The notes below the pieces were generated by a model. The model was not told the DNA's origin. It did not search any database and saw only the letters and a program-made list of their open reading frames with translations. 39,771 nucleotides of DNA from a virus. Position numbers and translations under genes: made by a program. This document shows positions 22,564-30,612 of this stretch, one piece after another. Where the stretch lies: the IMG/VR virus record IMGVR_UViG_3300045988_007823; one strand, 5' to 3'. Position 1 is the stretch's first letter. Every line of letters starts with the position of its first letter.

Positions 22564-22604
22564 AAACAAAAAAGGAGCCTATCCCCGTTGGGACAAACTC
22601 CTTG
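22564..22604 (-). terminator. Intrinsic terminator downstream of the tRNA region.
   Basis: On the minus strand AAGGAG..TCCC-aacg-GGGA..CTCCTT is followed by TTTTTTGTTT. Confidence 0.6.
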
Positions 22605-22734
22605 AATGTTTTATTAAATTGCGGCTCGTGCGGGCGTTCCCTCCCGCGTCAACCGCGCCGGGCAGCCGTAAGCGCCCGGTGCCACAGCGAGCGAACCCGC
22701 CATGCGCTCTTGCACGATTTAATGACGCCTTACT

Positions 22735-22808
22735 TGGCGGCGCGAGCTGGACTTGAACCAGCAACAACAGGTTCAGAGCCTGTTGTGTTCCCGTTACACC
22801 ATCGCGCT
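22735..22808 (-). tRNA. tRNA-Gln(CUG), 74 nt with encoded CCA.
   Basis: Hand-folded cloverleaf: acceptor AGCGCGA/TCGCGCC with position 1-72 as A-C, D arm GTGT-AACGGGA-ACAC, anticodon arm ACAGG-CTCTGAA-CCTGT, variable loop TGTT, T arm GCTGG-TTCAAGT-CCAGC, discriminator G, CCA. Confidence 0.85.
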
Positions 22809-22974
22809 ATATGCATGGCCGCTGTTGAGCAGTAGCGGCACGGTATTTGTATCCCCCTCCGCAGGGGCAAGACAGAGGGAAAGGAAGGAAACCCCTGCCG
22901 AAGCAAGACCGTTATTTCTGTACCCGCCACAAGGTCAGGCGGCGCTCTCTGTTATGCTTTTGAAGAATAGGTAT

Positions 22975-23004
22975 AGAAAAAGCACCGTGTGTTTACACGA
23001 TGCT
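22975..23004 (-). terminator. Strong intrinsic terminator after the immunity-like gene.
   Basis: On the minus strand AGCATCGTGT-aaac-ACACGGTGCT forms 10 bp with one G-U pair and is followed by TTTTTC. Confidence 0.75.
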
Positions 23005-23252
23005 TAAATACTAAGATATTTGTCTGTGTTTTCTCGCTTCTCGATAACAATTCCGTCCGCGCCTTTTCGCGCTGTCAAAAGTATTTCAGCGGGAGATTCA
23101 TCAAGTAGCCCGGCAGAGGAGCTTGCATTGTTCGCTCGTTGAATGAACAATACATTATTGTTCCCGCACCGAGGGCTTGTCTTGACTTTTTCATAGTCTA
23201 AATTGTTCGCCTTGCAAAACTCTTGTATCGCAAGCAAAAAAACATCAAACAT
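23004..23252 (-). CDS. Small hypothetical protein of 82 aa, a candidate immunity partner of the MuF C-terminal domain.
   Basis: It lies immediately downstream of the MuF gene, in the same visibly AT-rich patch, and is followed by a strong terminator. Confidence 0.55.
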   Translation of the reverse strand: MFDVFLLAIQEFCKANNLDYEKVKTSPRCGNNNVLFIQRANNASSSAGLLDESPAEILLTARKGADGIVIEKRENTDKYLSI

Positions 23253-23258
23253 ATTCGA

Positions 23259-24950
23259 TCACTCCGTGGAAAAGCACATATAACGTCCGAGCGAATTGTA
23301 AATGACGCTTGTTTTTTGTCCAAACGCTTTCAAAACTTCATAGTCACCACCGGAAGCTATCAATGTATTCTCGTCCGATCCCGGGTGGGTATGACCACTC
23401 CATCTATATCCATTATACGCTAATTCCTTAGCTTTTGCAATGTCAATATTAACCTTTGTGCTGCTTCCACGGATGATAAGTCTTTCTCCGCCTTTTGTAA
23501 ACAGAGCATATTCGACACCAGTCTTGGCGGTAAGAGCGCTAAGATCGTTTAGGCTTACATCCGCTTTCCTTACGGTTACTCTGGAATCATATTCGGTGAG
23601 CCGTGACAAGAGATTTTCTTGCCTCTTATTCAACTCGACATTATATTGCAATACTGCAGATGGTCTGCCTTTTGCCGTATTCCTTGAGTTTACCGGACTG
23701 TTTATTTGCTGCCTATCAAGATAATCTTTGTTTGCTTTTGCAGCTTCTCGCGCTTCTTTTGGCCCAAACTCCGCGATGTTTCCGCGCTCGTATTGTGGCC
23801 TTAGTCCCGCCGCCTTGCTGAACGCCTTGTATTCCTCGTTGAGACGACGATACCGCACTGCCTTGGTGGTATACTCCTCGTCATCTCCGCGCCCTTTGGC
23901 GGCGATCAGCTCACGTTTAACTTTACGTAGCGATGCCTCAACCTGTCTTTGCTTTTGCGTCGCCTCGTAAAAGGTGTACTGCTTGCCATCAAACTCAAAA
24001 GGCGGCGGATCAATGTTCTCCAATTCCTCATCGGTATACGTCCGCTCGGAGACGCCCTCGATCCAGATGTGGTACATATGGCGGCAGTTAGCGCCGCACA
24101 AGCCGTCCACCTCGTCAAGACCGCAGACCTCATATATAGACGGGTAAATATCGCCGGTACGGACGGAATAAACGCGCCCCTGCCATTTCTTGTGGCTCGC
24201 CCATGGCGTTTTTCCCTCTCCGTCACGCGCTCCGCGGTGAGCTGTAACCTCTCTGTACGGCGTGTCCATCAACGTCGCCGTCTGCTCGGTGTATTGCCGG
24301 GAAAGCTGGGTAACGCCCGTCATAACAGCTCTGCGGGCAGCAACATCAACACGGTTATGCCAACCGGATTCATAGTCAACATACTGCAAGCCGCTGTCCG
24401 TCAGCATCTTCGTTGCGTCACGGATCGCCACGTTATAGCTCTGCCCGCTCTCCACGCGCATCAAGGCATCGTCAAGCACGCGCTGGTACATCCTGCCTAT
24501 ATCATCGACCTTTACCGTGCCGTCCGGCGCTCTGTACGCAAAGCCCATGCTTCGGGTAATGTTCGTCAGCTCTCCAAGCGTCTGCATCTCAATGGCGTTG
24601 ATTTCCTGAACGAACAGGTCAGCATTGAAGTTGTTTTCGCCGAGAATGAGGTTGTCGTCGATCAGCGTATCAAAATACTGCTGATTGCGTTGAACGGCCT
24701 TGTTCCATGCGGCGTCAAACTCGCTCTGCGTGAGCTTTAGGGTCTTCCTGATATACTCGTTGATTTTCTTGTAATCATATCCCCGCCGCTGCAAAGACCG
24801 TATATGCTCTATTGCCGTCTCCGTCATTTCTCCGGTCATGGCAACACGGGAGCATATGTCCTCAAGGATTTGCTCTTCTAAACGCTGATAGAGCCGCATA
24901 AGCGGCAGTGGCAGGGAGTACATGAACTCCGGCGTGATCGGGTATTTCAT
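23259..24950 (-). CDS. MuF/SPP1-gp7-like minor head protein fused to a ~170-aa C-terminal extension with an HxH...SxxD motif.
   Basis: 563 aa. The N-terminal two thirds are head-morphogenesis-like (..CGANCRHMYHIW..). The C-terminus reads ..GVEYALFTKGGERLIIRG...RWSGHTHPGSDENTLIASGGDYEVL... Confidence 0.85.
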   Translation of the reverse strand: MKYPITPEFMYSLPLPLMRLYQRLEEQILEDICSRVAMTGEMTETAIEHIRSLQRRGYDYKKINEYIRKTLKLTQSEFDAAWNKAVQRNQQYFDTLIDDNLILGENNFNADLFVQEINAIEMQTLGELTNITRSMGFAYRAPDGTVKVDDIGRMYQRVLDDALMRVESGQSYNVAIRDATKMLTDSGLQYVDYESGWHNRVDVAARRAVMTGVTQLSRQYTEQTATLMDTPYREVTAHRGARDGEGKTPWASHKKWQGRVYSVRTGDIYPSIYEVCGLDEVDGLCGANCRHMYHIWIEGVSERTYTDEELENIDPPPFEFDGKQYTFYEATQKQRQVEASLRKVKRELIAAKGRGDDEEYTTKAVRYRRLNEEYKAFSKAAGLRPQYERGNIAEFGPKEAREAAKANKDYLDRQQINSPVNSRNTAKGRPSAVLQYNVELNKRQENLLSRLTEYDSRVTVRKADVSLNDLSALTAKTGVEYALFTKGGERLIIRGSSTKVNIDIAKAKELAYNGYRWSGHTHPGSDENTLIASGGDYEVLKAFGQKTSVIYNSLGRYMCFSTE

Positions 24951-26365
24951 TCATTTTCGCCCGATACAAGCGCCTCCATCTTCGGCAGGGCGGCTTTTGC
25001 CGTCGCCTCGTCTTCGTTCATATAGCGCATTCTGAACTCATACGGCTGCATGATCCCCATCTGCACCATACGCGCATCTCGGTTAAATTCTGATTCCTTG
25101 TCCTCAATGATGGAATCATCGAAATCAACCGTGATCTCAACGTCCTCGTCCAGCCCGGCGTTCATGTAAGCATTGCCCATTCGGAGCAGGACGCGGCACA
25201 GCTCAATGAGAACGCTTTCAAGGATGATCTCGTGCTTTTTAATCGTGCGGAACATCTCAGAGTTTTCGCTTATGATCTGCGTCGCTGTGGAGACATTGCC
25301 ATTGTCGTATTTGTAATGGTTCTCGCCGAATCCGCACTTGCTCGACAGAAGATTAAGCATATCCTGAATCCCGGCGTTGTGTTCCGCCGTGCGAAGGTTC
25401 ATGTTGATCTCTTTGATGATATCGCCGTCCTTCCCGTCGGCAGGGAGAACATAAAAAACAACGTCGCTTGTATCGAAGAGCGGCTCTCCCGTGTGGAAAT
25501 TCTTTGTCGCCTGCGGCTTGATCATGACGCGCTTCTTGCCAAGCTGGAACTCGTTCACATAGCTGTCGTATGTCAGGTCAACACCCTTTAGCTGATCTAT
25601 GGCGTTGGCAAATACCGAAATGCCCATCGGCAGGGTTGCATCAACGTTGTTGACGATGTTGAGCCGGTCAATGACGAACATCCGCTGCGTGAATGGCGTA
25701 TGCACGACCGGAGCAACGTTTTCAAACCCCGGAACATCGGCAAGTTTCACCTCTGACAGACTGCCCTTTGTGTCACGATACAAAAGGTTTTCGATGTCGT
25801 ATGTTCCCTTTTCCGTTCGCTTGTGGATGCAGATGTAAAGGTAAGAATCTTTCTTTATTGCCTTGTGCGATCCGAACGCGCATTCGGTTACGATGCCGTT
25901 CTCCCATGTAAGAGGAAGAATAAGGTCAGCCGGTACATAGTCAATGCGGATTTCCCCGCCGCTGCCGTTCACCTTGCCTGTCTGCTCATCAACAGACGCA
26001 TTAACGACCGTCGGAACATAAGCAACCGTGCCGCGCGCCGCCTTGATCTCCTGCATCTCGTTCGATTTGACGGTGAAGTTGTTCCGCTCAAAAACGGAAT
26101 CGATGAAAGCCTGCTCTGGCTTCCCCTCGAGCGTTATCTTGCATTTTTCGTTCAGCAAAAGGTTCGCCCAATCCTCACAAACCTTTTTCGCCATGCCGAG
26201 AGAGTACAGGCGGCACTGGACGAACTTCATGCCGTTCCAGATGCGGTACCGGTGGAACTGTTTCACGTAACCGTCATACCAGCTCTTCCAATTCTCTATG
26301 TAAGTGTAAAACTCTTCCGGCACGGTTGTATATCCCCGCGCCCGTAAAACCTCGTAAATGTTCAT
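24947..26365 (-). CDS. Portal protein (SPP1 gp6-like).
   Basis: 472 aa. It lies between the terminase and the MuF gene. ATGA overlap with MuF. Confidence 0.85.
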   Translation of the reverse strand: MNIYEVLRARGYTTVPEEFYTYIENWKSWYDGYVKQFHRYRIWNGMKFVQCRLYSLGMAKKVCEDWANLLLNEKCKITLEGKPEQAFIDSVFERNNFTVKSNEMQEIKAARGTVAYVPTVVNASVDEQTGKVNGSGGEIRIDYVPADLILPLTWENGIVTECAFGSHKAIKKDSYLYICIHKRTEKGTYDIENLLYRDTKGSLSEVKLADVPGFENVAPVVHTPFTQRMFVIDRLNIVNNVDATLPMGISVFANAIDQLKGVDLTYDSYVNEFQLGKKRVMIKPQATKNFHTGEPLFDTSDVVFYVLPADGKDGDIIKEINMNLRTAEHNAGIQDMLNLLSSKCGFGENHYKYDNGNVSTATQIISENSEMFRTIKKHEIILESVLIELCRVLLRMGNAYMNAGLDEDVEITVDFDDSIIEDKESEFNRDARMVQMGIMQPYEFRMRYMNEDEATAKAALPKMEALVSGENE

Positions 26366-27928
26366 TTATGCTTTCACTCCGTACAATCTGAAAACTCTTT
26401 CGAGCGCATAGCGCGTGCTGTCTATTGTATGGTTGTCCTTGTCCGGGTATCCGCTTATCACGTTGCCTTCCCGGTCTCGCTCAAATTCGTAATTTACAAA
26501 CTCTCGGTAAACCGTCGGCGTCCTCTCCGGGTCAATGATAAATTTCCGGTTCTGTAACCACTTCATTCCGTACTCGACGCTTCCCGGCCCTTTGATTGCA
26601 GCAAAAGCGTCCACGCCACAGGCTCGGAAATCATCGACACTCTTCGTCTCCGCGCGGTCGCAAGTCACGGGGAAATCGTCATATCCGCGGCTCTTTATCC
26701 ACTCGGCATTGTCCGCGTTGCTCGTCTTGTTGTTGCAATGCTCATCAATAAAATATATCGTCTCATGCGCTACGTCATAATGAACACGAACAAAGGCGTA
26801 AATGTCCGGGTAATATCCCCAGTCAACGCCTTGGTATATCCGGTCGAAGTGTTTTATCTCGTCGTCCGTTATCCGTCTTGCCTCTATGTTATCAAAAACG
26901 TTTCCGCCGTCGCCGTTCGGAATGCCGAGATATTCATGCTCGTATGCCGACGGATTAACCTCTTTCAGATGTTCTGCGTCGTTGAGAAACATCGTTCCGA
27001 GCCATTCGGCGGGAGCGTCCATATAGGTTGAGTGATGGACAATGCGGTTTTTGTCCGGCTCTAAAAGCTGCTGATTCACCCAGTTTGCGCGGCTCTTTGG
27101 CGGGTTGTACGATCCGAAGAAATAGGAATCAACGCCGCCGCGGAGTACCGACTGCTTAACGCTTCGTTCTTCCGCAGCCCCGGCGAGCTGGTCGCGTTCT
27201 TCTATCCAGAGAATCCCTATATACCCAAATGGCGGTTTTATAGATTTCAACTTTACCGGATCGTCGCAGCCTCGAAAATATATCTTTTGCCCGGTCTTCT
27301 TAAGCGTAATCTCCGGCGGGTGAGTTTTGAAATCAAATTCGCTATAAAGCCCCATCTCGTTTATTGCCCATTGGATTTGCGAAAACACACTGTCCTTTAA
27401 CGTGTTCGTCTGCTTTCGCACAACACAAGCGTGCATCATGGGGTTGTTTTTCAAAAGCTCTGTTAGCTTTTCCGAAATATACGTCGATTTCAGACCACCG
27501 CGCCCGCCCTCAAAGATATAGTCCTTGTTCGGCTCGATCTGCCGGTTGATGTCAACAAAAGCCTTTCCAATAAGGTCATCAGGAATCCTGCACGGCTTAT
27601 CCTCTGCCGCCGCGTCGTTTGTCCAGTTTTCCCACCGGTCAACTGCTCTGTCATCGCCGCTTATCGCCTTGCCGTATACGCCCGCTACAATAGCGGCATT
27701 ACATGTCATGTCCTCGTCATCAATGGCGAGACCGGCGCGCGTGATCTGGCTTTTGAGCTTTTCCGGCGCGGGCTGCTGTGCTATCGACTTTGCGATGTTT
27801 GCGAGGCTCTTGTTTTCTCTCTTTGCCTCGCCGGAGGCTATGCCTCCTTTTCGGCCATTTTTCACGGCTTCATCACGGCTTTGATCCGATGTAAAGTGCT
27901 TGAGGTTATCTTCTTTTTTGCGTGGCAT
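26366..27928 (-). CDS. terL: Terminase large subunit (PBSX-like) with an N-terminal ~100-aa small-subunit-like extension.
   Basis: 520 aa. Walker A-like GGRGGLKST. The N-terminus MPRKKE...GRKGGIASGEAKRENK... resembles the TerS proteins of many Firmicutes phages. Confidence 0.85.
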   Translation of the reverse strand: MPRKKEDNLKHFTSDQSRDEAVKNGRKGGIASGEAKRENKSLANIAKSIAQQPAPEKLKSQITRAGLAIDDEDMTCNAAIVAGVYGKAISGDDRAVDRWENWTNDAAAEDKPCRIPDDLIGKAFVDINRQIEPNKDYIFEGGRGGLKSTYISEKLTELLKNNPMMHACVVRKQTNTLKDSVFSQIQWAINEMGLYSEFDFKTHPPEITLKKTGQKIYFRGCDDPVKLKSIKPPFGYIGILWIEERDQLAGAAEERSVKQSVLRGGVDSYFFGSYNPPKSRANWVNQQLLEPDKNRIVHHSTYMDAPAEWLGTMFLNDAEHLKEVNPSAYEHEYLGIPNGDGGNVFDNIEARRITDDEIKHFDRIYQGVDWGYYPDIYAFVRVHYDVAHETIYFIDEHCNNKTSNADNAEWIKSRGYDDFPVTCDRAETKSVDDFRACGVDAFAAIKGPGSVEYGMKWLQNRKFIIDPERTPTVYREFVNYEFERDREGNVISGYPDKDNHTIDSTRYALERVFRLYGVKA

Positions 27929-27959
27929 ACCCTCCCTCCCTTGGAGTTAAAAAAGCCGC

Positions 27960-28097
27960 CTATAATATGTCAGGCGTTAGCTTTCGACTTCTTAATTTTC
28001 CCCTTTTTTGCTGGCGCTGAATGAATTTCTGCATGTCCCGTTTTAGATACGGACTGTTCGTTTTCGCTATGATTGCCTTCGCTTCTTCAATCGTCAT
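27960..28097 (-). CDS. Possible 45-aa basic ORF (MTIEEAKAIIAKTNSPYLKRDMQKFIQRQQKRGKLRSRKLTPDIL).
   Basis: The ATG overlaps the methyltransferase stop region and the RBS is only moderate. A weak hairpin plus T tract follows. Confidence 0.3.
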   Translation of the reverse strand: MTIEEAKAIIAKTNSPYLKRDMQKFIQRQQKRGKLRSRKLTPDIL

Positions 28098-29292
28098 GGA
28101 GCAGCACCGCTTCCTTTCCTGTGAACTTCTGCCAACGGTCTATAATCACATCAACAAATTTCGGGTCAAACTCCATGCAGTATGCACGCCGTCCGTTCTG
28201 CTCAGCCGCCATGATCGTAGTGCCAGAGCCAGAGAATAAATCAAGCACATTCTCTCCCGGCTTACTCGAGCACTGCATTTGATAGTCAAACAACTTAATC
28301 GGCTTCATCGTCGGATGTTCCGCAGATCGCAGTGGCTTATCAAAATTCAGAACCGTTGTCTGGCGGCGGTTTTTGAAGAAATAATGCGATTTCCCCTTTG
28401 TCCACCCGTATAAACAAGGCTCGTGTTCGTTTTCTTCTGTTTCGCTCTCGCCGTAAAGGCATGGCTCGTGCCGCCATTGAAAGTCCTGCCGTCCGAGAAC
28501 CATCGAATTCTTCACCCATATAAGGCATTGCCGAACACGCAGCATTGCATCACGGCACGCACCGCGAAAATTGTACCCCTCACTGTCGGCGTGCCAAATA
28601 TAAAACGGCGCTCCCGGCTTCATCACCGCCGCGGCATTGGAGAATGCGTCTGTGAGGAATCGGCGAAACGCGGTATCTTCCATGTTATCGTTTTTAATCT
28701 TTCCGGCGGTGCCCTGATAGTCCACATTGTACGGCGGGTCGGTGAGAAGCAAATCCATCTGTGCCCCTCCCACAAGACTTTGTACGTCCGTCAAAGACGT
28801 ACTGTCTCCGCACATGAGGCGATGGTCGCCAAGCTGGTACACATCGCCCATTTTGCTTTTCGGCTCTTGCGGAAGGACAGGATCGTAATCATCTTCGACA
28901 ACGGAATCGTCCAGCTCGTCACGCAGACCCCAGTCAAAATCAAACGCTGACAGGTCGATCTCCGGCAACTCCATCGAAAGAAGATCCATGTCCCAATCGC
29001 TCTCGTTGGTCTTATTGTCCACGAGGCGCAGGGCGTTTACCTGTTCCGGCGTTAGATCATCTACACAGACACACGGAACGGCTTCCATTCCCAACTTCTT
29101 CGCCGCCAGAACGCGGCAATGGCCGATGACGATCACGCCGTCGCGGTCGATTACTACAGGCTGGACAAATCCGTATTGCCGGATGCTCTCCGCCACGTTG
29201 TCGATCTGCCGCTTACCGTGCTTCTTTGCGTTCCGCGCATACGGCACGATTTCCCCAATGGGGATATTTTTTACATCCATAACCTTCTCCAT
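28087..29292 (-). CDS. ParB-like nuclease domain fused to a beta-class N6A/N4C DNA methyltransferase.
   Basis: The N-terminal ParB-N-like segment reads IGEIVPYARNAKKHGKRQIDNVAESIRQYGFVQPVVI. Motif IV TDPPYN precedes motif I DLFSGSGTT. Confidence 0.85.
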   Translation of the reverse strand: MEKVMDVKNIPIGEIVPYARNAKKHGKRQIDNVAESIRQYGFVQPVVIDRDGVIVIGHCRVLAAKKLGMEAVPCVCVDDLTPEQVNALRLVDNKTNESDWDMDLLSMELPEIDLSAFDFDWGLRDELDDSVVEDDYDPVLPQEPKSKMGDVYQLGDHRLMCGDSTSLTDVQSLVGGAQMDLLLTDPPYNVDYQGTAGKIKNDNMEDTAFRRFLTDAFSNAAAVMKPGAPFYIWHADSEGYNFRGACRDAMLRVRQCLIWVKNSMVLGRQDFQWRHEPCLYGESETEENEHEPCLYGWTKGKSHYFFKNRRQTTVLNFDKPLRSAEHPTMKPIKLFDYQMQCSSKPGENVLDLFSGSGTTIMAAEQNGRRAYCMEFDPKFVDVIIDRWQKFTGKEAVLLHDD

Positions 29293-29347
29293 CTCCGCCG
29301 CCCCCTCCGCTGCGTACGGCTTTCCCGCCTTTCGGCAACAAATCCAT

Positions 29348-29402
29348 CAAAAAAAAAGCCACGCTTTGGCGCTCGGTGATCGTCCGGCGTCTCTGCGTGG
29401 CT
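29348..29402 (-). terminator. Promoter-proximal intrinsic terminator at the start of the late operon.
   Basis: On the minus strand AAAGCCACGC, a 30-nt loop and GCGTGGCTTT are followed by T9. It lies about 10 nt downstream of the predicted late transcription start. Confidence 0.55.
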
Positions 29403-29414
29403 TTGGATGATACT

Positions 29415-29423
29415 ATTATACCA
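29415..29423 (-). promoter_or_regulatory. Extended -10 promoter TGgTATAAT, the candidate late promoter.
   Basis: The minus strand reads CCGTGGTATAAT. There is no clear -35, consistent with an activator-dependent or extended -10 promoter. It lies directly downstream of the ArpU-like gene. Confidence 0.5.
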
Positions 29424-29458
29424 CGGATTTTTGAAAAGTTACTGTCTCGAAACTTCCA

Positions 29459-29905
29459 TCAGATTGCCGCGGAGCTGTACCGGGCGGCGCAGTAGTTTTC
29501 CAACGCCCGAATTGCTCGCTTCCATACTGTCGCTTCCTCGGCTATGGCAAGCTCTTGGCACAGCCGTTCCGCGCCTCTCTTCTGTCTGTCGATGTACAGC
29601 ACTTCAAGGATTCGCCGTTCCTCGTCGGTCAGCGTGGCAAGGGCTTTCTTCGTCAGCCGCACCTCTGATTCTGCAAAGCGGAGATTGTCGGACAATAGAT
29701 CGATCAGGCAAATGCTGTTGTTCATGCGTTCTTCATACGATGTGCCGCCGCCCTGCACCGGGGCCGTCCCCGTGGATGCGCTCTTGATGGATGTCATGCG
29801 GTCGCGCTCCATGTCGATCTCTTCCGGTATGGACTGGATCGCCGCCTCGTTTTTCCGCAGGTTGAAGAGGTCGGCCTTGCATTTCATTTTCCAGAGTTCG
29901 TTCAC
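29459..29905 (-). CDS. ArpU/RinA-like (sigma region-4-type) late transcription regulator.
   Basis: 148 aa with a GTG start after GAGGTG. The C-terminus ..LTDEERRILEVLYIDRQKRGAERLCQELAIAEATVWKRAIRALE.. is an HTH of sigma-r4 type. It is the last early gene before the packaging genes. Confidence 0.6.
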   Translation of the reverse strand: MNELWKMKCKADLFNLRKNEAAIQSIPEEIDMERDRMTSIKSASTGTAPVQGGGTSYEERMNNSICLIDLLSDNLRFAESEVRLTKKALATLTDEERRILEVLYIDRQKRGAERLCQELAIAEEATVWKRAIRALENYCAARYSSAAI

Positions 29906-29968
29906 TTTCTCACCTCGTCATTTAATGTTAAACGCTCTGTGCCGCGTTTTTATTTACGGCGGGTCTGT

Positions 29969-30199
29969 TTATATTTCCCAACCAAACTCGTCCTTTATGG
30001 CGTCTCTTACCATCCAGACGTTGAGATTGCCGCTTCCGACGCTCTCCCGAATGTTCGCCACCTCCGCCGACAGCTTGTTCACGTCCTCCTGCGTAGGGTT
30101 GAAGCAGGACATCCACGCCCAGACGAAGATCGTCATGGCGATAGACACGGCCTTGTGCATGGAGACGTATTTCGGCTTGCGTTTTGATTTACTGCTCAT
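29969..30199 (-). CDS. Hypothetical protein of 76 aa with a basic N-terminus and one hydrophobic helix.
   Basis: ATG 30199 lies 9 nt after AAAGGAGG. Confidence 0.55.
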   Translation of the reverse strand: MSSKSKRKPKYVSMHKAVSIAMTIFVWAWMSCFNPTQEDVNKLSAEVANIRESVGSGNLNVWMVRDAIKDEFGWEI

Positions 30200-30341
30200 C
30201 GCGTGCGGCCTCCTTTTCCTCGACAATATGCTTGGCGAGTTTGGCGCAGCTCAGCTCCCCGGGGCAATCGTCCTCGCAGTCCTGGCAAAGGCGCGGCGCT
30301 ATTTCCAGAAACACGTCATGTTCCCCGCGGTTCATTCTCAT
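30189..30341 (-). CDS. Small Cys-rich protein, 50 aa.
   Basis: ATG 30341 follows GAAAGGAG. It contains LCQDCEDDCPGELSC. Confidence 0.5.
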   Translation of the reverse strand: MRMNRGEHDVFLEIAPRLCQDCEDDCPGELSCAKLAKHIVEEKEAARDEQ

Positions 30342-30612
30342 CGGTTCTCCTTTCTCCGTAGCTGCAAAAGTCCATATCTTCAACAACCTGCAATCCACTT
30401 ACGCCACACCAGAACCAATCACGTATTTTTGATTCTTGCCATGTGTCTTTGTGCTTGCAGTCTTTGCACCGCACAACAGCGACCATCTCCAGCTTTGGCT
30501 TTACGGTTTTGCAGGAGGCGCCTTTTACGCAAACAAACTCCCGGTCTTTTCCGGCGTGCTCGCAGCTGGAAGCGCAGTCCTTGCAGTTGTCACGCACGAT
30601 CTTCGCTGCCAT
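30316..30612 (-). CDS. Cys-rich zinc-ribbon-type protein of 98 aa, paralog of 30590..30892.
   Basis: It shares V.CKDCKH.D...DFCSYGER(R/K) with the upstream gene. ATG follows GAGAAAGGAAG. Confidence 0.6.
   Translation of the reverse strand: MAAKIVRDNCKDCASSCEHAGKDREFVCVKGASCKTVKPKLEMVAVVRCKDCKHKDTWQESKIRDWFWCGVSGLQVVEDMDFCSYGERRTDENEPRGT

Noticed and set aside
22735-22808. A suppressor or recoding tRNA (stop-codon reassignment).
   Set aside because: The anticodon loop reads CTCTGAA, so the anticodon is CUG and decodes the ordinary Gln codon CAG. All genes here close with standard stops without in-frame TAG-rich patterns.
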